Under the pieces are notes generated by a model. That model did no database searches. It was not told the DNA's origin and worked only from the letters and a program-made list of their open reading frames with translations. From an uncultured Oscillospiraceae bacterium (GTDB lineage: Bacteria; Bacillota; Clostridia; Christensenellales; Aristaeellaceae), in contig CAZJUJ010000004.1 of assembly GCA_964549135.1 (NCBI GenBank), positions 13,453-77,452 of the forward strand: 64,000 bases of DNA, in the 5' to 3' direction. Both the position numbers and the translations under genes were made by a program. Shown here in pieces: positions 37,265 to 44,913 of the stretch (position 1 is the stretch's first letter; the number at the start of each line of letters is the position of its first letter).

Positions 37265-37670
37265 TGATTACGGTAGGAGATTTTGCGGGAGGAGACTTTT
37301 GAGTCAAAAGCACCTTCCCGCGCCCTCCCGAAAACCGGCTCTGGATGTTTCCTGGAGGGCGATAACCAGATTGAATGCCAGATCAGCAAAAAAAGCGAAG
37401 GTTTTTACAGAATACCATTCTTGATTGCTATCAAACGGCTCCCCGCGCCCTCCCGAAAACCGGATCTGGATGCTTCTTGGAGGAATAAACCCAACTTTGG
37501 ATGCCAGATCGGCAAAAACAGGCAGGAAGAACGAAAACAGCAATGCTCTCGCCAAACACGAAAGCATTGCTGTTGCTTTTTGCGATTATTATTCCCTTTT
37601 GCTGATCCGGCATTCCGTTTTCTCAGCAGATATTCATCGCATTCCTTCTTCCGTGCGCAGGTCGGCACGG
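37265..37670. repeat. Modular intergenic repeat, copy C (G-H-B-C-halfH-B-C-T-C'; right arm truncated)
   Basis: H at 37285-37321. B at 37322-37347 and 37447-37472. C at 37371-37395 and 37496-37519. T at 37534-37581. C' at 37596-37616. Confidence 0.8.
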
Positions 37671-37679
37671 CGTTTTTCC

Positions 37680-39776
37680 TTAGTGCTGAACAGGCACCTC
37701 ATAGGTCACAAAGGAGCCATTGCCAGTCTGCTGCCCCTTGACAGCGCCCAGCGACGAAGCGTCGATTCGGGCGGGCAGGCTGACGCGCACATGGCTTTCA
37801 CGGGCGTAAGTTCCGCCGCTGATTTCGAGCTTTTCCAGCACGTTATCCCGGACAACGCATTCGATGGTCAGATCGCCGCGCGCCGGCAGGCGGAAGGAGA
37901 AGCTCTTCCGGCTTTCGGGCAGGGCGGGCACGATGGTGATCAGGTCGCTGCCGCCGTTCAAGAGCATGCCATTGATGCCGGTGAGCAGCGTGCCGGAGGC
38001 CGTGGTGAACCAGGGCCGCATGCGCGCCTTCTCCTCGTTGATTTCCCACATTTCGTCAAAGCAGCCGCGCTCGTCAATGGCCTGATAAAGCGCGTTCAGC
38101 GTATGCTCGCCATCGTTTTGACGGGCGTAGACAATGGCCTTCCAGGCGGCGTACCAGCTGGCCACGCGGCTGCCGACGCTGTACATATTGCCGTAGATCA
38201 GCTCATTGCCGATGTAATCGCGCATGGCCTTGAGCTGCCGTTCATCCTCAGGCGGCACGCAGGCATAGGGATAGGTTCCGGTAAACATGGCGATGCTCTT
38301 TTGCTCGCAGCCCGGGAAGGGGACATACTTTTCGCCGTCCTGGGGCAAAAAGCGCAGAAGCTCCTGCGCCGTTTTTCGGCAGTCGGCGGCAAATTGCTCA
38401 TCGCCGCCCAGCAGCTTGACCGCTTCGGCAGCGATATTCAGCGTGGTAATGGCCGCGCAGGTGGTCATGTAGGCATTTTCCACATCGCAGCCCAGCCGCT
38501 CAAGATCGGTGCATTTTCCGATGACCACGCGCCCGCCCTCGAGGCGATAGACCATGTGGCGCAGGAAGAAATTGGCGCAGCTTTTTATCATATCCCCGTA
38601 TTGCTCAAGCAGCGCCGGATCGCCTGCGTAGCGGTAATTGTTCCAGGCGCCCAGGGCGATGCTGCCCATATGGAAGATATGATCGTACCAATAGCCCACG
38701 GGCGCGCCTTCCTCGCCGGTCTCGACCGTTTCCCAGGGATAGCGCGCACTGATGGAAATGGGTTTGCTGAAGCGCGAGGCGCGCGTTTGCGCCTGCTTGA
38801 GCCCGGCCAGCCGGAAATCACTGACCCGGCGCGCCAGTTCGCCATGGCCCGAGGTCAGCAAGCCGTCCAGCGAAAAGAATTCGTCAAAGGCGAAAAAGCG
38901 GCTCTGCCAGTGAGAATCGTTGAGGCCCACCGGAATCGACCAGCGCGTCGTGTAGCAGCGCAGATGATACAGCGCCATCTGCCAGGCCGCTTCCAGTTCC
39001 TTTTCGCCGAAGGAAACATAGCTTTTGCGCGCATAGGCGAGCCAATCCTGCTCATGAGCCGCCTGAAGGGCCGCCGGATTTTCAGCCTCCCGGCGCATGA
39101 CCTCCAGCCTTTCAGCCCAGCCTTCCCCATCGAGGCTATCGGTTATCATGAAGGAAAAGACCACCGTTTCCCCGGCCCCGACGCATGTGCGCAGCGTAAA
39201 TCGATTGGCGTCAATCTCGGCCTGAACCGGGCGATCGGCCTGAAAGCGCGCGCCGCCCGTGCTGACGGTTTGGCCATCCAGCGAAAAGGCGACGTCGATG
39301 CCGGCTGCATCGCTTTGCGCGCTTAAGGCGACGCGGCGGGGCTGGCTGGTTTTCGGGGCATTTTCGGCCCAAAGCCAGGTCAGCGCGTATTCGCAGGGCG
39401 CGGAAAAGGTCTTTTTCATGATCAGGAGATTTTTCTCCATGCAGAGGAAATTGAGCGTGTTCAGCGTCAGCGCACCGTGCTGCGAGCAGGTGGTCAGCAA
39501 ACCGCGTTCGGAATCCAGCGTCTGCTCAAAATGATCGGCGCGGGGCAGGGAATGAAGAAAGCGCCCGAAAGGAATAAGGGGGCGCGTAGAATCGTCCCGC
39601 GTGCGCCGTCCAGCCCAGAAGATGCTCTGCGCAGGAAAACCGCCGAGCTTTTCCGTCGTATTCATGTCCAGAGACTGTGTGCCTTCGCCGTCAAAAGACA
39701 GCGCCAAAGCGCCGTTGCCCAAAATGGGCGGCGTATAGTCCGGGCGATTTTGTCCGGAATGATAGGTGTGCTTCAT
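37680..39776 (-). CDS. Glycoside hydrolase, (alpha/alpha)6-barrel type (GH65/GH15-like superfamily; family not resolved)
   Basis: Start at MKHTYHSG (ATG 39776, AAAGGAG RBS 8 nt upstream). The size and helical-repeat central region suggest this fold. The ORF-track N-terminal 48 aa come from reading through non-coding 28-nt repeats. Confidence 0.6.
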   Translation of the reverse strand: MKHTYHSGQNRPDYTPPILGNGALALSFDGEGTQSLDMNTTEKLGGFPAQSIFWAGRRTRDDSTRPLIPFGRFLHSLPRADHFEQTLDSERGLLTTCSQHGALTLNTLNFLCMEKNLLIMKKTFSAPCEYALTWLWAENAPKTSQPRRVALSAQSDAAGIDVAFSLDGQTVSTGGARFQADRPVQAEIDANRFTLRTCVGAGETVVFSFMITDSLDGEGWAERLEVMRREAENPAALQAAHEQDWLAYARKSYVSFGEKELEAAWQMALYHLRCYTTRWSIPVGLNDSHWQSRFFAFDEFFSLDGLLTSGHGELARRVSDFRLAGLKQAQTRASRFSKPISISARYPWETVETGEEGAPVGYWYDHIFHMGSIALGAWNNYRYAGDPALLEQYGDMIKSCANFFLRHMVYRLEGGRVVIGKCTDLERLGCDVENAYMTTCAAITTLNIAAEAVKLLGGDEQFAADCRKTAQELLRFLPQDGEKYVPFPGCEQKSIAMFTGTYPYACVPPEDERQLKAMRDYIGNELIYGNMYSVGSRVASWYAAWKAIVYARQNDGEHTLNALYQAIDERGCFDEMWEINEEKARMRPWFTTASGTLLTGINGMLLNGGSDLITIVPALPESRKSFSFRLPARGDLTIECVVRDNVLEKLEISGGTYARESHVRVSLPARIDASSLGAVKGQQTGNGSFVTYEVPVQH

Positions 39777-39792
39777 GAGGATCGCTCCTTTC

Positions 39793-39935
39793 GAATGGGG
39801 AATCCGCCTGGAAACCGGAATGAATGGGGTAACCGTCCGTGGGCCGGAATGATGGGGTAACCATCTGGTGACCGGAATGATGGGGTATCCGTCCGCGGGC
39901 CAGAATGATAGGGTAACCATCTGGTAACCGGAATA
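39793..39935 (-). repeat. Five head-to-tail ~28-nt repeats in the leader of the glycoside hydrolase gene
   Basis: Minus-strand units CGGTTACCAGATGGTTACCCTATCATTC / TGGCCCGCGGACGGATACCCCATCATTC / CGGTCACCAGATGGTTACCCCATCATTC / CGGCCCACGGACGGTTACCCCATTCATTC / CGGTTTCCAGGCGGATTCCCCATTC. A 28-nt period is not a multiple of 3. Confidence 0.85.
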
Positions 39936-39956
39936 TAGAAAAAGTGTCGTTTTTGT

Positions 39957-39984
39957 ATTATACCACGCCCAGGCAGACTGTCAA
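39957..39984 (-). promoter_or_regulatory. Near-consensus sigma-A promoter with extended -10
   Basis: The minus strand reads TTGACA (39984-39979), 16 nt spacer, TGG-TATAAT (39962-39957). It sits directly upstream of the 28-nt repeat array. Confidence 0.7.
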
Positions 39985-40043
39985 GCACGGAACGATCGGA
40001 CGCAGGCATCATAACCTTCCTCCTGATGTCTAAAAATGAGTAT

Positions 40044-40077
40044 AAAAAAAAAGACCGCAGGCATTTTGCCCACGGTC
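40044..40077 (-). terminator. Intrinsic terminator ending the terminase cassette
   Basis: Minus strand GACCG..GGCA-aaa-TGCC..CGGTC followed by T9 (40044-40052), 16 nt after the stop at 40093. Confidence 0.5.
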
Positions 40078-40092
40078 GGATATAGGGGGGAG

Positions 40093-40305
40093 TTAAATCC
40101 GTTCCAGCTGGTCGGCGGTGCATTCGTATTCCGGCCATTCGCCCGGATAGGCATCCGGATCATCAACGTAGCCCTGCACATCGCTCTCGACGGTATAATA
40201 ATACCTACCGTCGTATTTACCAGTGGAAATATGAATGATCTGTCCTGTCACATTTTTGTGAGGAATTCTAACATGCTCATACATTTCAAATTCTGGTTTC
40301 ATCAT
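40093..40305 (-). CDS. Small acidic hypothetical protein (SH3-like/DUF4926-like by memory); candidate immunity/antitoxin partner
   Basis: 70 aa. ATGA overlap with the upstream gene. EMYEHVRIPHKNVTGQIIHIS..YYYTVE pattern. Confidence 0.6.
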   Translation of the reverse strand: MMKPEFEMYEHVRIPHKNVTGQIIHISTGKYDGRYYYTVESDVQGYVDDPDAYPGEWPEYECTADQLERI

Positions 40306-40784
40306 TCTTCCTCCTTCAAACGACGATCAATGTACGCTGTCAGAAAACGATCTTGTCCATCGGGGCCATCATCTATCCAAACGGTTCGAAATACCTGCCG
40401 AGCCGTTACGCCAAGCTTTATAGGAATGCTGGTTTTAACATGCCCGTCTTCAAGGTCGATCCGATCAAATTTGCGAGACGGCTCATACCCCTCCTCGATG
40501 TCCCGGAAGAGCCGCTCGGGATCATCCGCTGTGTAGCCCAGCCGAAAGAATTGCTCCGAATGCTTTCCGCCAGGCTTTAAGCAGAAGTTCTTCAGCTTAT
40601 CCTGGTGAATCGAAAATCCCTTCTCGCTGCGATAGAACTCTCCATCTATTGTAGCATCATTCGCAGCTTTTGCAAGCTGTTTTTTCGGCCCATGCCCCAA
40701 TTGCTCGGGAGATCGCCTGACGCCCCATTTCATTCCTTTGATACCGTGGTGATAAATTTCACCCAAATATCGGCCGTCTCTCAT
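40302..40784 (-). CDS. MKWGxRR-motif protein with DUF6883-like C-terminal domain
   Basis: Start at MRDGRYLGEIYHHGIKGMKWGVRR, 2 nt after the terminase stop. The C-terminus KLKNFCLKPGGKHSEQFFRLGY...RTVWIDDGPDGQDRFLTAYI resembles DUF6883 as I recall it. Confidence 0.6.
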   Translation of the reverse strand: MRDGRYLGEIYHHGIKGMKWGVRRSPEQLGHGPKKQLAKAANDATIDGEFYRSEKGFSIHQDKLKNFCLKPGGKHSEQFFRLGYTADDPERLFRDIEEGYEPSRKFDRIDLEDGHVKTSIPIKLGVTARQVFRTVWIDDGPDGQDRFLTAYIDRRLKEEE

Positions 40785-40786
40785 CT

Positions 40787-42529
40787 TTAGTCGAATGCCT
40801 CCCTGTTGGTTTTGTAGGCAACGTAGGCGTCCATCATGGCGGCCACCGCGTCGATCTTCTGGTCGTAGCGCTTTTTCATCAGCTTTCGGTTCCCGTTGGT
40901 ATCCTGAATGGCGATGCAATGCCCCATGGCAAAGCTCATCAGCCCTTCGTCAAATAAAAGCATCCGCTCCTCGGATAGTTTTTTCAGCTCCCCCAAAGGA
41001 ACGGATTCCGTCTTGCTTCCCTGTATCACCTTTTCGATGCCAAAGGGCCCGTTTTCGCTTTCCCAGCGTGCAATAAATTCCTTGGCGTTGTAGGGGTCAT
41101 AGCCCACGCAGCGCACATCGTATTCATGCCCGGTGATGAAGCCATCCAAATCATCGTAGACCGTCATCATGTCCAGCACCGTTCCATCCATCACCACCAG
41201 GCTTCCCTCGGCAATGAATTCCTCATATTTGCTGTGCATGGCGGCGGGCAGCTTGTAAAACGTCAGATCAGAAATGTAATTTCGCGTCTTCACGCCAAAG
41301 CGCCCATCCCCAAGCGGGAATAGAAACGTAAACGCGCAAAAGTCGTCGCCCTGAGAAAGGTCGCACCCCATCGCGCACGGCATTTGCCAAAAGCTTTGCT
41401 TGCTATGCGGTTGAATTTCATCGTAGGTGAAGAAATAGGTGCTTCCCTCCATGGGAATGCCAAAGCGCTTGGCCAGCACGTCATTTCTTTCGCTGGGGGA
41501 TTTCTCGATCATCTCCACATCGCGCTGATAGGTTTCATAGCTCACGGTCTTGCCCAGGTTCGGATTGGCTTTCAGCCACATTTCCGGCCTGTTCACTTCG
41601 TCTATACTGTCCAGCTGGTAATACCATATGGATACCCAGGGGGCGTCGATCTCGCCGCGAAGAATCTTCATCAGCTTCATTTTGATCGTATCGCCAATGG
41701 CGTTGCGAACCGTTCCCTCGGAACTGATGGCGACTATCAGGTAATCGTCAATTTTGGAAGAACCCTGCTCTATCGCGCCGACTACATCCTCCCGCACATC
41801 GCAGCTTAGCCATTCATCAATGGTGGCGAATTTTGTCCGCATACTCTGCAGTTTGTCTACGCTCATGGGCACGGTTTCAATCCGGCTGTTGGTAATGAAG
41901 TTTTCAATGCCCTTCTTTGTGCTGGCCAGCTTTACCCGCCCTGCCTTGCTGCCGGTGGTATTCTGCAGGCTGCCCTCCGTCAGAAATTTGAATAGAGGCC
42001 CTCTGGCGCGGGTAATGGATGTGCGGATGGGAGAGAGCGTCTCATCCGCCTGCCGCATGGTGTATGCCGTAGCGATCTGGTGGGTGGTGGTGGTATCGAT
42101 ATTCAGGAAATAGCTGTGCAGACTGCTTCCGTACATCGTCTTTGCTGCGCCGCGCGCTACGATCAGGTATTGCTTGTTGCATAGCCGTTTCTTGATTCGC
42201 TTGCGTACATATCGCATGCGCGTGCCATCCTCGCTGGGGATGGGCACCGCCTGCTCCACGAATCGATACCATCCGAAAATATCCTCCGCCCATAGCTTAA
42301 AGCTGTCCAGCAGCTCCAGATCAGATCCATCCGTCAGCGTCAATTCGTTGTTGCAATAGGCTACAAAGCCCTCCACCGCCTGATCATCGTAATAAAAATC
42401 CGGATTGGCAATCTTCTCGTCAATCCGGTGCATCTGCATCTCAATCGTTTCGCAGATGGGAATCTGCCCAGCCATCACCGCATCGCGAAATGCGCCATAA
42501 TAGCGCGGCACCGCTGTGTTTGATAGCAT
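40787..42529 (-). CDS. Phage terminase large subunit (Terminase_1-like)
   Basis: 580 aa. N-terminal ATPase with a deviant Walker A (VARGAAKT). C-terminal nuclease-type KIDAVAAMMDAYVAY. Overall Terminase_1 layout. Confidence 0.8.
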   Translation of the reverse strand: MLSNTAVPRYYGAFRDAVMAGQIPICETIEMQMHRIDEKIANPDFYYDDQAVEGFVAYCNNELTLTDGSDLELLDSFKLWAEDIFGWYRFVEQAVPIPSEDGTRMRYVRKRIKKRLCNKQYLIVARGAAKTMYGSSLHSYFLNIDTTTTHQIATAYTMRQADETLSPIRTSITRARGPLFKFLTEGSLQNTTGSKAGRVKLASTKKGIENFITNSRIETVPMSVDKLQSMRTKFATIDEWLSCDVREDVVGAIEQGSSKIDDYLIVAISSEGTVRNAIGDTIKMKLMKILRGEIDAPWVSIWYYQLDSIDEVNRPEMWLKANPNLGKTVSYETYQRDVEMIEKSPSERNDVLAKRFGIPMEGSTYFFTYDEIQPHSKQSFWQMPCAMGCDLSQGDDFCAFTFLFPLGDGRFGVKTRNYISDLTFYKLPAAMHSKYEEFIAEGSLVVMDGTVLDMMTVYDDLDGFITGHEYDVRCVGYDPYNAKEFIARWESENGPFGIEKVIQGSKTESVPLGELKKLSEERMLLFDEGLMSFAMGHCIAIQDTNGNRKLMKKRYDQKIDAVAAMMDAYVAYKTNREAFD

Positions 42530-42532
42530 GTG

Positions 42533-43933
42533 CTATTGTTCCTTTTTCTTCTTTTCCTTGGGCGGATCATTTCGATGCTCGTAAGAATCCCTGGCTTTCT
42601 CCGCAGCGCGTGCAGATTCATACCATTCCTTTACGGTGTTCAGGCTCTTGGCGCTGAGCCTGGAAAAATCGGTCTTGTCATCCGGGGCTCCCCGATGGTT
42701 GTAGGCATCCCGTTTGTTCTCCACATCGCCGGCGGTTTCATACCATTTCTTAATTTTCTGCAGCGTGCCCAGATCCAGCTTGCCGGTATCCTTATCCTGG
42801 TATTTCTCGATCTTGAAATCGCCCTCGTTCTTATCGAAAATGCGGGCAACCGTTTTCGATACCACTTTGGAAAGCGATTGCTTCAGAAAATCCGTCCCCG
42901 CCTCCTTTAGAAGACGCTCCATGGTGCCCGTCTCCCTTTTCTTCTGCTCGACAACAAGATCAGAATATCTCTTTTCCCGCTCAAGCCGCCCAATGCGCTT
43001 CAGCAGCTCGTCCTCATCCATTTGGCAGGCGCTCTTGGCCTCTTTTTTCACGCTTTTTAAGGCAGCGGCCTTCTTCTGCTCGCCGCCGGAATGCCCATCC
43101 GTTTTCGGGCTATCTTCTTCACCCGCGCCGCTCCGCTCCTTCCCCACGCCGTAGCGCAAACGCCCCAGCGCCGTCAGACTGCCGTCCGGGTTCTGAAATC
43201 GACGGACGCCCCACTTTTGATCTTTGATGCCGTGGTGGGAGAGGACGGGTGAGGTGGAATCGGAATGGGATAATTCTTCGTCAATTTCTTCAATGCTACC
43301 ATAATCATTCCAACAGTCGTAAAGCGCACAAGTCTTGAAATAAACTCTTGCTTTTTTTGTGTCTGCATACCCCAGTTCTCGCAGCATAATAGAAGCGAGT
43401 TCATCGTTTTTTTGTTTGATTTGTTCATTCAGCTTTTTTCTTTCTGGGCTGTTCCATGGTAGGCTGTCATCGCCCAGTTTCGCGTGTATGTCACGAAGTT
43501 CAGACACAGGTTTTTGAAGTGAAAGTACATGAACATTGCCAGCATACGAATCATAGAGGAAGCGGCCCACTTCGTTCTGAAACCTGACCATGGGTGCAAT
43601 GTAGTCATCGAATTCCTCGTCATCAAACATCTCAGGGTTTGCTGTCCACTGCTTAGCAAACTCTCGTAGCTCTTTTTCTCCTTCCTCAGGAGACAACTTT
43701 TTTCTTCTATCGACTTCCCATTTATGCCCCTTTTCTGTAATCAGACCGCGATCACTCAAGAAACCCAGCTTAGTCATCGCTTTTGTTGTCGATTCATCCA
43801 GATGCCCCGAAAAACTTGTTTTCCCATACCGAAGTTTTCCCTCTTCGGTCAGGCTTCCATCTTTGTTCTGGTACCTTCTAATGCCCCACTTCATGCCCAG
43901 AATCCCATAGTGCATCAGCTGATCGTTTTCCAT
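42533..43933 (-). CDS. Hypothetical protein with two MKWGxRRxQNxDGSLT modules and a coiled-coil C-terminus
   Basis: HYGILGMKWGIRRYQNKDGSLTEEGKLRYG at the N-terminus and HHGIKDQKWGVRRFQNPDGSLTALGRLRYG at about residue 235. Start ATG 43933 is 7 nt after GGAGG (43939 is also possible). Confidence 0.65.
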   Translation of the reverse strand: MENDQLMHYGILGMKWGIRRYQNKDGSLTEEGKLRYGKTSFSGHLDESTTKAMTKLGFLSDRGLITEKGHKWEVDRRKKLSPEEGEKELREFAKQWTANPEMFDDEEFDDYIAPMVRFQNEVGRFLYDSYAGNVHVLSLQKPVSELRDIHAKLGDDSLPWNSPERKKLNEQIKQKNDELASIMLRELGYADTKKARVYFKTCALYDCWNDYGSIEEIDEELSHSDSTSPVLSHHGIKDQKWGVRRFQNPDGSLTALGRLRYGVGKERSGAGEEDSPKTDGHSGGEQKKAAALKSVKKEAKSACQMDEDELLKRIGRLEREKRYSDLVVEQKKRETGTMERLLKEAGTDFLKQSLSKVVSKTVARIFDKNEGDFKIEKYQDKDTGKLDLGTLQKIKKWYETAGDVENKRDAYNHRGAPDDKTDFSRLSAKSLNTVKEWYESARAAEKARDSYEHRNDPPKEKKKKEQ

Positions 43934-43954
43934 ATCCATACCTCCTTTTCTTCA

Positions 43955-43983
43955 AATAAAAAGCCCCGAGCTTTTGCCCGGAG
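43955..43983 (-). terminator. Intrinsic terminator after the AT-rich secreted-protein cassette
   Basis: Minus strand CTCCGGGC-aaaa-GCTCGGGG (two G-U pairs), then CTTTTTATTT. Confidence 0.5.
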
Positions 43984-44001
43984 CGTCGTTGTGCATACTG
44001 T

Positions 44002-44913
44002 TCAGGGAAACACTTTTGTCCAGAAGTCCTCGTTTTTCAGAAGTTTATGTACAAAAAATGATAGGGTTTTGACACATTCGTCAACCTGTTCACTATACAA
44101 ATCGCGTTTTTCAGCGGTATCAATTACCCCCGTTCCTTTTCCTTTGATTCGTATAGCCTCTTCCCTAATCTCTTTTAGGTTGAAAAATAATGCTTCATAT
44201 TGCTTGCCACCCTTTTGATCTTTGAAAAGAATTTTCAGATGTTTAATGATTTCTGAAATCACATCTGGCTCTTTCTTATTCTCGGAGACAAACGGCATTA
44301 TTTCAGGGCATTCGTTTTGTTTGTCTTTGTGCTTTTCGAAGTAGTCTTGATGGTCTTCCAACAGGTGAATGTAGTATATGAAGGCCGCCATGCTGTTGCA
44401 CTTTTTATCATAGTCCCACTCAATCCAGAGGAAATGACCGCCTGTCGGAAAATCGAACACCTTTGCCGTCGTTTTCAAGAGAATATCCTTGCGAATTGAC
44501 CAATGGGCTTTATCAGAATCAGAACCTGTTTCCACGGGATAAACATAATCCCAGCCATGATGGGTATGATCCCGATGCTGCGAACAGCCAAAATCAATTG
44601 CAGTAATTGCTGGAAGTCCCCCAACGCCGTACTGTTCCAACATGGTCAAATGTTTATCCCATTTACCATCTGAGTCGGTCAAATTCTTTGATCGATTGGC
44701 CTCGTCTATAGCAAGCTGGCTGGCGTATAGCAATGCCATAAACGCTTGCTGTTGAGGTTTTTCCTTCAAAAAGTACGCTTCATCTTTAAGCAGAATCTTT
44801 TTCATCATTTTTTCGTGTTCCGCTTCATTTCCCGCATACCCCACCGACACCATGCCGGTCATAGGTATAAGAAATACAGTCAGTATCAGACAGATACTCA
44901 CAAACCGCTTCAT
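44002..44913 (-). CDS. Secreted hypothetical protein with His-rich putative metal-binding motifs
   Basis: Signal peptide MKRFVSICLILTVFLIPMTG. CSQHRDHTHHGWDY and YYIHLLEDHQDY motifs. About 35-40% GC. ATGA overlap with the upstream lipoprotein gene. Confidence 0.6.
   Translation of the reverse strand: MKRFVSICLILTVFLIPMTGMVSVGYAGNEAEHEKMMKKILLKDEAYFLKEKPQQQAFMALLYASQLAIDEANRSKNLTDSDGKWDKHLTMLEQYGVGGLPAITAIDFGCSQHRDHTHHGWDYVYPVETGSDSDKAHWSIRKDILLKTTAKVFDFPTGGHFLWIEWDYDKKCNSMAAFIYYIHLLEDHQDYFEKHKDKQNECPEIMPFVSENKKEPDVISEIIKHLKILFKDQKGGKQYEALFFNLKEIREEAIRIKGKGTGVIDTAEKRDLYSEQVDECVKTLSFFVHKLLKNEDFWTKVFP

Noticed and set aside
39777-39920. 48-aa N-terminal extension of the glycoside hydrolase ORF (MVTLSFWPADGYPIIP...).
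   Set aside because: It is a translation of the 28-nt tandem repeats, whose period is not divisible by 3. The internal ATG at 39776 has a proper AAAGGAG RBS.
39793-39935. Possible CRISPR array, because of the regular 28-nt repeats.
   Set aside because: The units are directly adjacent with no spacers, they are degenerate, and no cas genes are present in the window.
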